Origin: a virus
Virus record (IMG/VR): IMGVR_UViG_3300034071_003115
Span: 15,110 to 79,109 of that record
DNA length: 64,000 nt
Direction: 5' to 3' (one strand)
The notes beneath the pieces are model-generated. The model was not told the origin of the DNA, made no database searches, and saw only the letters and a program-made list of their open reading frames with translations. The translations under genes were made by a program, and so were the position numbers. Shown here one piece after another: positions 10,293-20,495 of this stretch; position 1 is the first letter of the stretch, and every line of letters starts with the position of its first letter.

Positions 10293-11494
10293 GCGAAGAA
10301 TTTGAAAAAATACTCGCGGTTCAGCGAGATATGGAAAACGCAAAAAAGCCAAGGCGACAACACCCAGAAGGGTGGGAGCCAGGCGTGCAGTGGAACGGCA
10401 ACGAGGGGACTGTTACGACCACTGGAATGCCAGCAGAAAATGCACCAGACTGGGCAACGGTTCTTAGAGTTTGGGGTCTTGACCCTGAACACTTTGAGGT
10501 TGTTGAGCCAGTGCTATTCAATGTCTGGGGAGACACGCTTGGCGTATTGAATCGACAATGGAAGGGCAAGGTTGTCCGAAAGGTCGCCTCGATGGGCTCA
10601 GATGTCCAGGAGATGGTTGAGGAGATTAAGAAGCACAAGTTCTCCAGGCCAGAGGTTTCATCAGACGGTAGCGCAATGATTGTCGCGATATCAGACCTGC
10701 AGCTCGGCAAGGGCGAAAACGGCGGAAGCGTCAAGATTGTTGAACGATTCCTTGCTGGGATTAATGAGGTTGAAAATCGCTGGAAGGAACTAAGGAAGTT
10801 TGGCAGGCCGCTATCACGTTTAGTTGTTGTTGGCCTCGGTGACATCATCGAGAACTGCGACGGGCACTACGACATGCAGGCGTTCCAGGCAGACCTTGAT
10901 CGTCGAGAGCAAATTACGGTTGCCCGAAGGCTGGTTACGAAGGCCATTATGCAGTGGTCTAAGTTTGCCCCAGAGGTGATCGTTGCTTGCGTGCCTGGGA
11001 ACCATGGTGAAAACAGGCGAGGCGGTAAGGCGTTTACAACCTTTGGAGACAATGACGACGTTGCCGTGTTTGAGCAGGTGGCAGAGATTCTTTCCGCCAA
11101 TCCAGACGCATTTGGACACGTCAAGTTTGTGATTCCAAAGAATGACTTGACCCTGACGCTTGACGTCTACGGGACGGTGGTTGGGCTTGCCCACGGGCAT
11201 CAGGCTCGACGAGGCGGCAGCAATGCAGTAGGAAAAGTGGAGAATTGGTGGGCAAAGCAGGCTCTTGGCATGCAGCCTGTATCCGATGCCACGCTTCTCT
11301 TGACGGGCCACTACCATCACCTTGCGATGTCAACGCATGGTGCAAGAACGCATATCCAGGCCCCAAGCCTTGATGGTGGCTCTCAGTGGTATAAGGAAGT
11401 TGCTGGAGTTGACGCCCCGACTGGGATTCTTACCTTGGTGGTAGATTCAAACGGTTGGGACGATATGAAGGTTTTGCGCTGTAAACTGAATTAA
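10289..11494 (+). CDS. Calcineurin-like metallophosphoesterase / nuclease
   Basis: Motifs SDLQLG, GDIIE, VPGNHGE, HGH, GHYHH. Confidence 0.8.
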   Translation: MSEEFEKILAVQRDMENAKKPRRQHPEGWEPGVQWNGNEGTVTTTGMPAENAPDWATVLRVWGLDPEHFEVVEPVLFNVWGDTLGVLNRQWKGKVVRKVASMGSDVQEMVEEIKKHKFSRPEVSSDGSAMIVAISDLQLGKGENGGSVKIVERFLAGINEVENRWKELRKFGRPLSRLVVVGLGDIIENCDGHYDMQAFQADLDRREQITVARRLVTKAIMQWSKFAPEVIVACVPGNHGENRRGGKAFTTFGDNDDVAVFEQVAEILSANPDAFGHVKFVIPKNDLTLTLDVYGTVVGLAHGHQARRGGSNAVGKVENWWAKQALGMQPVSDATLLLTGHYHHLAMSTHGARTHIQAPSLDGGSQWYKEVAGVDAPTGILTLVVDSNGWDDMKVLRCKLN

Positions 11495-11826
11495 CGCTCG
11501 ACCCTCTCTGCGCGAACAAGAAGATGGTGGCGGACTGCCTCAAAGTCAATCGCGATGACGCGAAACTCGTAGGAGTCCGCCACCATTCTGTCATTTAGCT
11601 TCGGTCGTTCCCTGCCCTCCAGGTATGGAGTCCAGAATCGATATACCTGCCTTGCCGCTGGGCCAGTTGGATTGGCGTACTCTCGGCTTCCATCCTCTCG
11701 GAGCGACTGGTAGTGGCACTTCTTTACCCAGATGATTTCATCTGTGGTTACTGGTGTGCCTGTCGCGTCTTGTGTCGTCATGCCCTTGCGCTTGAGGGTG
11801 ACGGTTGTCATCGCCCCTGGGATCAT
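11491..11826 (-). CDS. Head closure / head-tail adaptor protein
   Basis: 111 aa, last gene of head operon, beta-rich adaptor-like pattern. Confidence 0.55.
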   Translation of the reverse strand: MIPGAMTTVTLKRKGMTTQDATGTPVTTDEIIWVKKCHYQSLREDGSREYANPTGPAARQVYRFWTPYLEGRERPKLNDRMVADSYEFRVIAIDFEAVRHHLLVRAERVER

Positions 11827-12743
11827 CGAATAGACACCGCAATATACTGATCAAGGATTGCTGCAGCCGTTGGTGGTATTGCCAGTGCAGACTGCTTCCC
11901 TGGGGCAACCTGCGGAAGCCTTTCCATTGTTGTGTCGCCAACCGTAAGCCTTGTCAATTGGCCCATTCCGGTCTGATAGAGCGCGTCCCTTGAGGCGAGG
12001 TCTATGGCGATCAGCGCAGTCGCGTCTTTGATCTCCTGAGGCGTCACGGTGTATCCGTGGGTATAGTTGATCTTGGCTACCGGATCGATAAGCCCAAGAG
12101 CAACAATTGCCGGGAATAGGGAGTAGGTTACGTTCGCCAGGCTTGTCACTTCAACATAGTTTTGACTTGTGTTTATGAACAGGTCTGAAAGGTTGAAAGT
12201 GGCCTTTTGCTGATTGCTAACAAATACCTCAAATGAATTGACGGCAATGATTGGCCTGGAGTACGGAAACACCCTTCTTGTCTCCTGGTTCCACTTGTGC
12301 TGCTCAACTGTGGTCTTGTATCTGAATGAGAACCCGCAGTATCCGTCAACCATCCTGGAGGCGACGCCAACCAGCTTTTCAAGCCTGTTGTCGCTCGAGT
12401 CGCTTCCATCTGGCAGGGAGAGTGCCCCAAGCTCGTATTCTCGGAGCTCAGCAACCGTCACATAGCCAGTGTCAACGCCCTGATACGGACTTGACCAGGC
12501 GCCGTTGTTCGAGCTCCCAGTCAGTCGCCATACGTACCAGTAGCCATAAGGTGAATCGCTGTCCGAATATGAGTACGTACCGATCTTGGCGTCAAGCGTT
12601 ATTACGGTGCCAAGATTGGAAAACGCTCCGGTCTGGGTGCTTGCGTCGGCCTGGGACGCGGCCTTACCGATTTGAATCCCTGTATATGTTGCGGCTGCGG
12701 TAGCTGGATTCGGGACAGATACGTTCACTCTTATCATTTTCAC
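11823..12743 (-). CDS. Head-tail connector with N-terminal extension
   Basis: YVTVAELREY...ASRMVDGYCG...YTHGY..TPQEIKDAT pattern of gp6-like connectors. Confidence 0.65.
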   Translation of the reverse strand: MKMIRVNVSVPNPATAAATYTGIQIGKAASQADASTQTGAFSNLGTVITLDAKIGTYSYSDSDSPYGYWYVWRLTGSSNNGAWSSPYQGVDTGYVTVAELREYELGALSLPDGSDSSDNRLEKLVGVASRMVDGYCGFSFRYKTTVEQHKWNQETRRVFPYSRPIIAVNSFEVFVSNQQKATFNLSDLFINTSQNYVEVTSLANVTYSLFPAIVALGLIDPVAKINYTHGYTVTPQEIKDATALIAIDLASRDALYQTGMGQLTRLTVGDTTMERLPQVAPGKQSALAIPPTAAAILDQYIAVSIR

Positions 12744-12810
12744 ATCCTAAAACAATGGGGCCCGCATTGCACTAAAAAAGTGTCTGCGAGCCCCATTGAA
12801 GCTAGATTGA

Positions 12811-13131
12811 TTACTCGGACTTGCCGAAAACCTTTTCAAGCTCGGCCTTTTGGGCGGCCGAAAGCTCCTGCTTCGGAGCTGCCGGTGCATCAGTCTCGAC
12901 CGTGCAGCCCTGGGCAACAGCCTGGACTAGGTACTTAGCCTTAATGCGCGCAACACCCTCGTGGAAACGGGCAACGGTGCCGTCTCCAAAAACAAGCGAA
13001 GAAAGACCGCTGTGGTTTCGTACGCGAACTACCTCGTCGTCTGAAACCGCAGCCTTAGCTGCGGTTACGGCCTTCTGGGCAACTGCATTTACATCAACCG
13101 TTGGTGTTTCCTTCTTAACGTCGTCAAACAT
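12811..13131 (-). CDS. Hypothetical head-operon protein
   Basis: AAGGAG RBS, lies between capsid and connector. Confidence 0.6.
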   Translation of the reverse strand: MFDDVKKETPTVDVNAVAQKAVTAAKAAVSDDEVVRVRNHSGLSSLVFGDGTVARFHEGVARIKAKYLVQAVAQGCTVETDAPAAPKQELSAAQKAELEKVFGKSE

Positions 13132-13197
13132 TTATTGCTCCTTCGCTTCCGGGGCCCCAGGAATTAATCCTGGGGCCCCAGTTGCAATACTTACGGA

Positions 13198-14433
13198 TTA
13201 GACCGTAACGCGAACCTTCGCCTGGAACTGTGGAGCCTTGTTTGCAAACCCGAACATCACATACATGATGTAGAGGCGCGTAAGGGCACCGTTCACGCCG
13301 ATCGGAATCTCGAGCGTCGTGATTGAGTCGGAGCCAAGGTATGGCATCGACCAGCCAGCCTCGTCCACCACGTACATATCGCGGTAGTCGGTGCCGGAAA
13401 TTGCGTATGAACCAATGGCATCGCCAGGAACGGCAAGGATTGGCAGTGAGCCAGCAGCCGTCACGACGGAACCGAAGGTTGCACCAGCAGCCTGCTCCGT
13501 CTGCGAAGGCGCATTGTAACGAACGAGGTTTGTAAGCTCATTCACAAGGCCTGCGTAGTCGGTTGGGGTGCAGATGACGGCCGACGGAGCGCCACCGTTG
13601 TCCAGGACGCCAGCGACAGCGGTATTGATGGTTGAAAGGTACGAAGCCGTGCCCTTCCCAACAATCTCGTTGCCAGCTGAAGCAGCCGTACCAAGAAGCT
13701 TGCGGAGGCCATCGAACGAGTTGGCGTCATAAGCACCAAGCTCGGTTGCTGCGCCCGCGCTCGCGGTAACGGTTGCGTTGCCCTGGAACAGGGTCTTCTG
13801 AAGCTTGTGCGCAATGGCGGTTACGCCGCTGCCAAGCTCCTGCGAAAGGCCATTGAACGGCGAGCCGCCCTGACCAAGCGCGAACTGATTCTTAAGCGTG
13901 ATACCACGGCGGGTCGCAAGAACGGCCACATTGGTCGTCTGGCGAGCATACGTCGAGTTATCGTCGGTTACAGTGCCGGTCTCCGTCTGGAAGACTGCAT
14001 CACCGTAAGCGGTCTGCTGATTGAACGCGTGCACGAGGCCGTTTGCAGGCTCCTTGCGGATGCGGTCAAAGAATGGGAACTTCTTAACGAACAGGCTGTA
14101 AAGGATTGGCTCGAGGTCCTGGCGGATAAGCGCCGAACCACCGCTGCTGTCAAGTGCCTTTGCAATCTGTGGGTTCGACAACGCAAGCTGGTTAAGGACA
14201 CCGGCATCAGCCTGCTTCCCAACTTCTCGCGAGGCCTGAACATCAAGCATCTCGTTGAGTTCCGATGCGCTCATCTTCGAGAACTTCTTGCGAAGTTCGC
14301 GCTGAACGGCATAGGCCTCAGCAGGATCAAAATCGGACTTCTTCTCGACATCGAGATCTCGGCCGATCGGAGCGCCGTTGAGGGACTCTAGGCCCTTCGC
14401 GACGTCATCCAACTTCTCTCGTACTTCAGACAT
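13198..14433 (-). CDS. Major capsid protein (HK97 fold)
   Basis: 411 aa directly after protease; LIRQDLE, LFQGNA, FDGLRKL motifs; hairpin just downstream (~13151-13179). Confidence 0.8.
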   Translation of the reverse strand: MSEVREKLDDVAKGLESLNGAPIGRDLDVEKKSDFDPAEAYAVQRELRKKFSKMSASELNEMLDVQASREVGKQADAGVLNQLALSNPQIAKALDSSGGSALIRQDLEPILYSLFVKKFPFFDRIRKEPANGLVHAFNQQTAYGDAVFQTETGTVTDDNSTYARQTTNVAVLATRRGITLKNQFALGQGGSPFNGLSQELGSGVTAIAHKLQKTLFQGNATVTASAGAATELGAYDANSFDGLRKLLGTAASAGNEIVGKGTASYLSTINTAVAGVLDNGGAPSAVICTPTDYAGLVNELTNLVRYNAPSQTEQAAGATFGSVVTAAGSLPILAVPGDAIGSYAISGTDYRDMYVVDEAGWSMPYLGSDSITTLEIPIGVNGALTRLYIMYVMFGFANKAPQFQAKVRVTV

Positions 14434-14435
14434 TT

Positions 14436-16037
14436 TTACTCCTCGTCTTGCGCCTCAAGGACGCGCTGAACATATGGGCTCAACCAAGGCGCGCGCTCTG
14501 CGGCCTTGACGTTGACCTTCTGTGAATTCCTGTCGACGAACTTTCGACCGATCCCAAGATCGCTAATGCGATCAATAAGATCGAGCGCTTTCGCAAGATC
14601 TTCTTCGACCTTGGCCTTCGACTCAAGGAGCTCGGTCACTTTTGCCGCGAGGGCGGTAACCTCCTCCTGAGCAGCATTGGCTGCATCGAGAGCTGACTTC
14701 GCGATCGACTCCACTTCCTCAAAGGAAGAGGCCTCGGTCTCGACACTAATAACAACCGCCTCGGCCACTTCGGGCTGTACGGATGATTCATCGGCAATGG
14801 ACTTTTCGGCGTCGCCGGTAACGAGCTCAGCGCCGAGCTCTTGCAGGGCCTCGACATTGGCGTCGACAGGCTCCTCCTCAACGACTTCCTTCTCGTCCTC
14901 TACCTTCTCAGTAACTTCGCCATCGGCCACATCTTCGGCAGAAGCCTTGATTTCATCAAGCTTCTCCTCTGAGTCCGCGGCTGCCGCATCCGGAGCGGAG
15001 GGAGCAACAGATGCGGCAGCTGGCTGCTTCTCTTCAGAATCCGTGCTGACCGTAACGGTCACGCGGGTCTTCTTCTCTAGATCATTGGTCTCGTCCCCGG
15101 CGGCGGTCTCAACGACCTCCCCAGCGAAGAGATCCTTCTCGGTCTCTGACATTTCTGTCTCCTCGTCTTCTTCCGCCATAGGGAGCGGATTAATTTTGGT
15201 GAGAGCGCTGACCTTTTGGCCAACGAGCATCTCGGTTGCTTCCCAGTTTCCCTCTTCGCCCTCATAAATGCGAACAAGAGCTGCTGGATCTTCTGGTGTG
15301 GCTTCAATTGAATACTCTGAACCTTCAGCACCAAGGGTGCCTTCGGTCATAACGTACTCAACAGCGCCGCACATTGTCTCGCCGTCCTCATTTGACCAGA
15401 GAACCCAGTCCCCAGCAATGACGGAGCCAGCCTCTGCCTTAGAGGTTACTTCTGTCTCTGACTTCTCTTCTTCGATCACGCCCTCAAGCTCGTCAATATC
15501 GACGCTACCAGAGCGGAGGCTCTTTACTGCGTTCTGCAGGTAGGATCTCTGGTTGGCAGGAATGCCAACAACGCTCGCCTCAAGTAGGCGAACCTTCTCA
15601 ATAAGGATTGACTCGGGCCTGTCTCCTTCGGCAGCCTTGCGACGCGCCTTTTCAACGCGGGCTCCAATGGAGAGACCAAGCTTAACCCCGCGCTTGATTG
15701 CGCGATAAGCGCGAAGCGCCTCTGGGTTTTCGTCTTCGTTTACCACCCGAATATTGAGATCGAGGTCATAAACCTCTTCGTTTGTTTCGCTGTCATATCG
15801 TCTAACAATCTGGGCATCCGTGGCGGAGCCAAAAAGGTCCTCTGGGACATTGTAATTATGATTGAGGAACACCGTCATATTCTGTCTGGCTGTTTCAGCC
15901 ATTGTCTTCAGGGCATCCAGCGACATCTCATCGCCATGCAGGTCCCGAATTGTTGAAGAAGTTGTTCCGGTTACATATCGCTCGCCATTTTCAGACTCAT
16001 AGGCCTTCAGGGCGTTGGTGTAAATTTTAAAGTCCAA
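14436..16037 (-). CDS. HK97-type prohead protease with acidic/coiled-coil scaffold extension
   Basis: DLHGD, FLNHN, GLSIG, LLEASVVGIPAN motifs; long acidic C-terminus. Confidence 0.85.
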   Translation of the reverse strand: MDFKIYTNALKAYESENGERYVTGTTSSTIRDLHGDEMSLDALKTMAETARQNMTVFLNHNYNVPEDLFGSATDAQIVRRYDSETNEEVYDLDLNIRVVNEDENPEALRAYRAIKRGVKLGLSIGARVEKARRKAAEGDRPESILIEKVRLLEASVVGIPANQRSYLQNAVKSLRSGSVDIDELEGVIEEEKSETEVTSKAEAGSVIAGDWVLWSNEDGETMCGAVEYVMTEGTLGAEGSEYSIEATPEDPAALVRIYEGEEGNWEATEMLVGQKVSALTKINPLPMAEEDEETEMSETEKDLFAGEVVETAAGDETNDLEKKTRVTVTVSTDSEEKQPAAASVAPSAPDAAAADSEEKLDEIKASAEDVADGEVTEKVEDEKEVVEEEPVDANVEALQELGAELVTGDAEKSIADESSVQPEVAEAVVISVETEASSFEEVESIAKSALDAANAAQEEVTALAAKVTELLESKAKVEEDLAKALDLIDRISDLGIGRKFVDRNSQKVNVKAAERAPWLSPYVQRVLEAQDEE

Positions 16038-16131
16038 GATCAGACCCCCAATTCTTATGGCCGTCGACAGGCCGATCGGAACCCCTGTTAGACATCGGTG
16101 TCAGCAGATAGTCCCGTATAAGCACCATCGA

Positions 16132-16160
16132 ATCATCCCCTCTTATATTCATTATTGCAA
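16132..16160 (-). promoter_or_regulatory. Putative promoter of head operon
   Basis: Minus strand TTGCAA-N17-GATGAT about 95 bp upstream of protease start. Confidence 0.5.
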
Positions 16161-16218
16161 GACCTTTGCTTCCTACATGAATCTACCATAGCGTGTCAAT
16201 GACTAGTATTTACGGTCT

Positions 16219-16740
16219 ATGTATAATTGCCGCATGTGTGAAGATACGGCAGTCAAGTGCCGGTTGTGCTTAGAGCTAAACGACGCTGAGGGCGGTATTC
16301 TCGATATCGTGCTGGCTATACGGCGCATCCAGAAGACCCTGGCGCCAGTCATGAGAAGATACGAGGAGATACATCGGGCGCATCCGAGGTGCGCCCTATG
16401 CACAATAATGGTCGGTGAGGACCATATGGAGCAAGACCTTATTCCAGAGCCAATGGTCCCCAGAGCAAAGGGTCAAAAAAGATACTCCGTTTGTAAGCAG
16501 TGCCACAAGGTGCTTTCAAGGGTTAAACGAAGCGTTCCCCAGCAGATCAAATACCAGCGCCATGTCGAAGAAGAACTCACAAGGCTGGAACATGTTAACG
16601 ACAAGGAGTACGATGGCTTCTGGGAAACTTTCCGAAAGGAAAACCCATTTGATATGGAAGATTATGCAGGGCTCGAGATGGCCATGGTTGCGATTGGCTC
16701 AAACACTGAGTCCGAAGGCGACGAGGAAGGCGAAAAGTAG
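16219..16740 (+). CDS. Cys-rich hypothetical protein (four CxxC pairs)
   Basis: ORF coupled to next genes. Confidence 0.6.
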   Translation: MYNCRMCEDTAVKCRLCLELNDAEGGILDIVLAIRRIQKTLAPVMRRYEEIHRAHPRCALCTIMVGEDHMEQDLIPEPMVPRAKGQKRYSVCKQCHKVLSRVKRSVPQQIKYQRHVEEELTRLEHVNDKEYDGFWETFRKENPFDMEDYAGLEMAMVAIGSNTESEGDEEGEK

Positions 16741-16979
16741 TGCTTGACATTAGCGAGAGCATCGAGCTGCAGTTTGAAGACGGCAAGTTCGTTGTGCCAA
16801 AATGGTGGGGAAGGCTTCCTTCATTTAAAGGAGTTGGTATAGTTGACGGAGTGCGACTTATACCTTTTAATTACACAGAAGCTAGACAGATTGTCAACAA
16901 GGACCTTGATGGCATGGCTGTTTCTAATGCGATAAGGTCCTGGAGAACAAGAAAGCCGAAGGAGCAAGACTCGTGGTAA
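16740..16979 (+). CDS. Hypothetical protein
   Basis: Overlaps neighbours in operon. Confidence 0.55.
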   Translation: MLDISESIELQFEDGKFVVPKWWGRLPSFKGVGIVDGVRLIPFNYTEARQIVNKDLDGMAVSNAIRSWRTRKPKEQDSW

Positions 16980-19126
16980 TGATGCCGTGGGAGCGCGTAA
17001 AGCGCCAAGTTGAAAGCACGCAAGCAGAAGCTGATGTTCAAGCAATAAAGGATGCAATCCTTATTCCAAATTACGACTCGCAGCCTTACGCGCGAGGCGC
17101 TGGCAAGGGTACTGTGCAGAAGCGTTCAGTTAATCAGCTTCGCAAGTGGTCCCGAACAAACCCATGGATTAGATCTGCAATTAATCTTCGCAGGCAGCAG
17201 ATCAGCCGCGCAAAGTGGGACATTGTCAGCATTGATGGCAACGGTGAAGTCAACGAAGCAAACGTAAAGACGATTAAGGATCTTTTGCGAGATCCAAATA
17301 CGCGTCTTGATTCGTGGAGGTCATTCATCGAGCCAATCGTTGAGGATATTCTTGTCCTGGATCAGGGCTGCATTGAGAAAGAACATACTGTCGGGGCGCG
17401 GGCGGGAAGAAGCGGAAGGCCGGTTAAGAACCTTTGGCCAAAAGATGGTGCAAGAATCGCTTTCGACCCGGACTGGGACGGAACAAACCTAAAGAAGCCG
17501 CGATACTTTGAATACGACGAGACCGGAAAGATCATTGCCGAGTACCTGAACGAAGAGATGATTGTCATTGTGGGAAACCGAGTGACGTATTCCCCGCTCG
17601 GCCTCTCACCGCTAGAGGTTCTTGCTGAGACCATTGAGGCGGACCTTCGGGCGGCTAAGTACAACAACAACATTGTTGAGCAGGCGACCCCACCGGGAAT
17701 TATTGATCTTGGCGAAGGCGTTCGCCCTGATCAGGTTGATGCCTTCAAGAACTATTGGGAAGGCGAAATCGCAGGCAAGAGCCAGACCGCGATCACCGGT
17801 GGCGGTAAGGGGGTCAAGTGGATTCCTATGGCGCAGTCAAACCGAGACATGCAGTTCATGGAGTGGCAGATCTATCTTGCACGCAAGATCTGCGCAGTCT
17901 TCGGCGTTCAGGCGCAAGACATCGGGCTAAACTTTGACGTGAACAAGAGTTCGTCAGAGTACGGCGCGGCGTTCACTGCCGACAACGGCATTGCTCCGCT
18001 TTGCGAACTTATTGCGGACTACATCACTAGAGAAGTTGTTTGGCTTTATGACAAGGGCTTGCGATTTGTCTACACTGATGTTGGTCGCGAGTCTGCGCAG
18101 ACAGTTGCTGACTACTACAAGGCAGCACTTGCCGGACTTCCATGGCTTCGACTCAATGACGCGCTCAAGGAGCGCGGACAGGAAGGCGTTGGGCTGATGG
18201 GCGATGAAGTATGGATGCCAAGCCCGCTTGGGTATATGCCAATGAGATATTACGAGCTCTACCTTAAGGGTAAGGTTGGCGATCCCGACGCGCCAGAACA
18301 GGAGCCAACACCTGGTGGAGACGTCCCGGATGGCGGGGCCGGAAACAACGGGGCAGGGAGCCAAGAGCCAGATCAGGGCAAAGACCAACTTGAGTCTAAG
18401 CCGAATCCTGAAATGAATCCAAATCAGCAACCGTCTAAGAAGAGCGTTGTTCTCGTTGACGCAGAGGCGTTGCTCAGTGACGAGTGCCCTTCACACATCA
18501 TTGACGCAATAGATGGATTTGTTGAGGGCGGTTCTTCGGTGGTTGCAATCACCTCGACAAAGGGACAAGTTGATTTTGTTAGAAGTCAGCTTGCCGAAGC
18601 GGGATTTGACGCCGAGGTTTATGAAAGCAGCTTCCCGACAAGTGCAATTGATTACTTCAAGAGACAGAAGGTCAGCGAGATTATTCGGGCTGGCGCAGCA
18701 ATCGTTTCCTATTACGACCCATCAGCCGACTCCTCCTACAAGGCTGCTGGCGCAGCAATTCCAAACCTTGGAGATATTGAAGTTGAAAAGGCCGACACAA
18801 TCAACCTTAATGTTCCTGCAGGAGTAAGGGCAGAAGCGAGACGTGGGCTTGATTGGCGAAAAGAGTTTGGCAGGGGCGGAATTGGACCTGGTCAAGTAAC
18901 CGCAAGAATGCTCACGGGAAACAAGATGACAATTGCAAGAGTGAAAAAGATGCGCGCATACCTTGCGCGTCACGAAGTAGACAAGAAGGGCGAAGGTTGG
19001 GCCCCTGGCCAAAAGGGATTCCCATCTGCCGGGAGAATTGCCTGGGCTCTTTGGGGCGGTGATCCGGGAAAGGCCTGGTCGAATAAGGTGATGAGGTCAG
19101 TTGAGGCCAAAGAGCGAAAGCGATAG
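16973..19126 (+). CDS. Portal protein (HK97-like) with long C-terminal extensions
   Basis: GLSPLE, PPGII, DMQFME...ICAVFGV portal motifs; then P/G/Q linker, alpha/beta domain and a GRIAWALWGGD domain. Confidence 0.85.
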   Translation: MVMMPWERVKRQVESTQAEADVQAIKDAILIPNYDSQPYARGAGKGTVQKRSVNQLRKWSRTNPWIRSAINLRRQQISRAKWDIVSIDGNGEVNEANVKTIKDLLRDPNTRLDSWRSFIEPIVEDILVLDQGCIEKEHTVGARAGRSGRPVKNLWPKDGARIAFDPDWDGTNLKKPRYFEYDETGKIIAEYLNEEMIVIVGNRVTYSPLGLSPLEVLAETIEADLRAAKYNNNIVEQATPPGIIDLGEGVRPDQVDAFKNYWEGEIAGKSQTAITGGGKGVKWIPMAQSNRDMQFMEWQIYLARKICAVFGVQAQDIGLNFDVNKSSSEYGAAFTADNGIAPLCELIADYITREVVWLYDKGLRFVYTDVGRESAQTVADYYKAALAGLPWLRLNDALKERGQEGVGLMGDEVWMPSPLGYMPMRYYELYLKGKVGDPDAPEQEPTPGGDVPDGGAGNNGAGSQEPDQGKDQLESKPNPEMNPNQQPSKKSVVLVDAEALLSDECPSHIIDAIDGFVEGGSSVVAITSTKGQVDFVRSQLAEAGFDAEVYESSFPTSAIDYFKRQKVSEIIRAGAAIVSYYDPSADSSYKAAGAAIPNLGDIEVEKADTINLNVPAGVRAEARRGLDWRKEFGRGGIGPGQVTARMLTGNKMTIARVKKMRAYLARHEVDKKGEGWAPGQKGFPSAGRIAWALWGGDPGKAWSNKVMRSVEAKERKR

Positions 19127-19132
19127 GCTTCT

Positions 19133-19273
19133 ATGGCAGATAAGTTTTACCACCAGCAGCCATGCTTCTGTATCCCCTGTCGAGTCATGAAAGCGGACGG
19201 GGTAAAGCCGCGACCGGTTGCGCAAGAGCAGGATCGTCCAAAGAAGAAAGCCAAGCGATCTAAGAAGGTCTAA
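19133..19273 (+). CDS. Small basic protein (46 aa)
   Basis: MADKFYHQQPCFCIPC...KKKAKRSKKV*, stop overlaps HNH start. Confidence 0.5.
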   Translation: MADKFYHQQPCFCIPCRVMKADGVKPRPVAQEQDRPKKKAKRSKKV

Positions 19274-19587
19274 TGGGGCATAAAGATCCAGTCACGCCAA
19301 AGATGAGGAAAGATGTCCTGCAGAGGGACAGGGGTTGCATTGGTCCTCGAGTCGGAATGCACGATGAGTGCGGCAGCCAGTTCGGGTCCGGCGGGCAGAT
19401 CGTCCTTGAGCTTGACCACGTCTTTAACTCTGGCTTTGGCAAGCGTGGCCCCTCGGAGATGTGGAATCTGGTGACGCTGTGCGGGTGGCATCATAAAATG
19501 AAAACAGAATCCTCTCGCAAGTGGCGAGAGGCACTGTATGAATACTTAGAGGGATTTGAATATGATCGAAGTGGAGAGCTTTCCTAG
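19273..19587 (+). CDS. HNH endonuclease (possibly packaging-associated)
   Basis: RDRGC...ELDHV...NLVTLCGWHH..KT. Confidence 0.8.
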   Translation: MGHKDPVTPKMRKDVLQRDRGCIGPRVGMHDECGSQFGSGGQIVLELDHVFNSGFGKRGPSEMWNLVTLCGWHHKMKTESSRKWREALYEYLEGFEYDRSGELS

Positions 19588-19708
19588 ACCAAGATGCGAC
19601 AATCGCCAGTGCATGGCGAAGTCGGCGGGGATCATCGGCAGGGGCCTGGGTCCTATTGTGAAAAGAGGCAATCGCAAATATCACATTGGGTGCCTACCCA
19701 ACGTAGGC

Positions 19709-19744
19709 TTGACCAAGGGTGATATCATCAAGTAAGATGATATC
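19709..19744 (+). promoter_or_regulatory. Promoter of replication operon with overlapping inverted repeat (putative operator)
   Basis: TTGACC-N18-TAAGAT; GATATCATC-N6-GATGATATC spans the -10. Confidence 0.6.
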
Positions 19745-19760
19745 CTGAAAGGAGGGGCAT

Positions 19761-20039
19761 ATGTCCAATAAGGGTGCCCTCGGATTGTCTTGCTACGCAT
19801 GTGGCGGGACGCTCTTTCAGCTACGGCTGAAGGTGTATTTTTGTGCGAACGCGCACTGTAATCCTGGCGGCAGGGTGATGGGTTTAGCGGAGGCCATTGA
19901 GGCCCCCGGCTCAAACACCTCAAAGTGTGTCCTAGATAGGTGCACTGTGCACGGCAGGGGAAGGGAAGAAAATGCAGGAAATGGAACTGATGCTGCTCGG
20001 TCGGAGCAAGTTCAGGGAGTATCTCCAGCAATCTCTTGA
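19761..20039 (+). CDS. Zn-finger-like hypothetical protein
   Basis: AGGAGG RBS; CxxC and CxxxxC motifs. Confidence 0.55.
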   Translation: MSNKGALGLSCYACGGTLFQLRLKVYFCANAHCNPGGRVMGLAEAIEAPGSNTSKCVLDRCTVHGRGREENAGNGTDAARSEQVQGVSPAIS

Positions 20040-20214
20040 CGAGAGCGCTCATATTAAGCCGAAGGAGATGATTGCGTTTGAGGCGGCCAACGCCGCATCC
20101 AACGACCTTGATACGCTAGTTGCATACGATGACATTTTGGCGTATCGTAGGGGCATCTCGATAGCGATGGAGGACTGGGTTGCAAATCCAGTGCTAGAAA
20201 GCAAGGAAGGGTAA
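19972..20214 (+). CDS. Hypothetical protein
   Basis: Coupled to next gene. Confidence 0.55.
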   Translation: MQEMELMLLGRSKFREYLQQSLDESAHIKPKEMIAFEAANAASNDLDTLVAYDDILAYRRGISIAMEDWVANPVLESKEG

Positions 20215-20495
20215 TGAAGCAAACTGGTCCGAATTTTGCGGAGCAGCGCATTATTCAGAGGAAGAAAACTGCTCGGGTGTGGAAACTCCTAGAAGAAACT
20301 GGGATCAAGAGGCGATACATCGCCAAGCATCTTGGTGTATCGTACGGCTACCTAAATCAGGTGCAGTATGGTCAGGCGCCTATCAGTGGCCCGATGCGCA
20401 AGAAGATCTCTGAATTTCTTGGGATTGAAGAAGGAAGACTCTTCGAGGACCTCGATGAGTATTTGAATAAGGAGGAAGCAAATGGCATTCGATAA
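20214..20495 (+). CDS. XRE-family HTH regulator
   Basis: IAKHLGVSYGYLNQVQYG HTH. Confidence 0.75.
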   Translation: MKQTGPNFAEQRIIQRKKTARVWKLLEETGIKRRYIAKHLGVSYGYLNQVQYGQAPISGPMRKKISEFLGIEEGRLFEDLDEYLNKEEANGIR

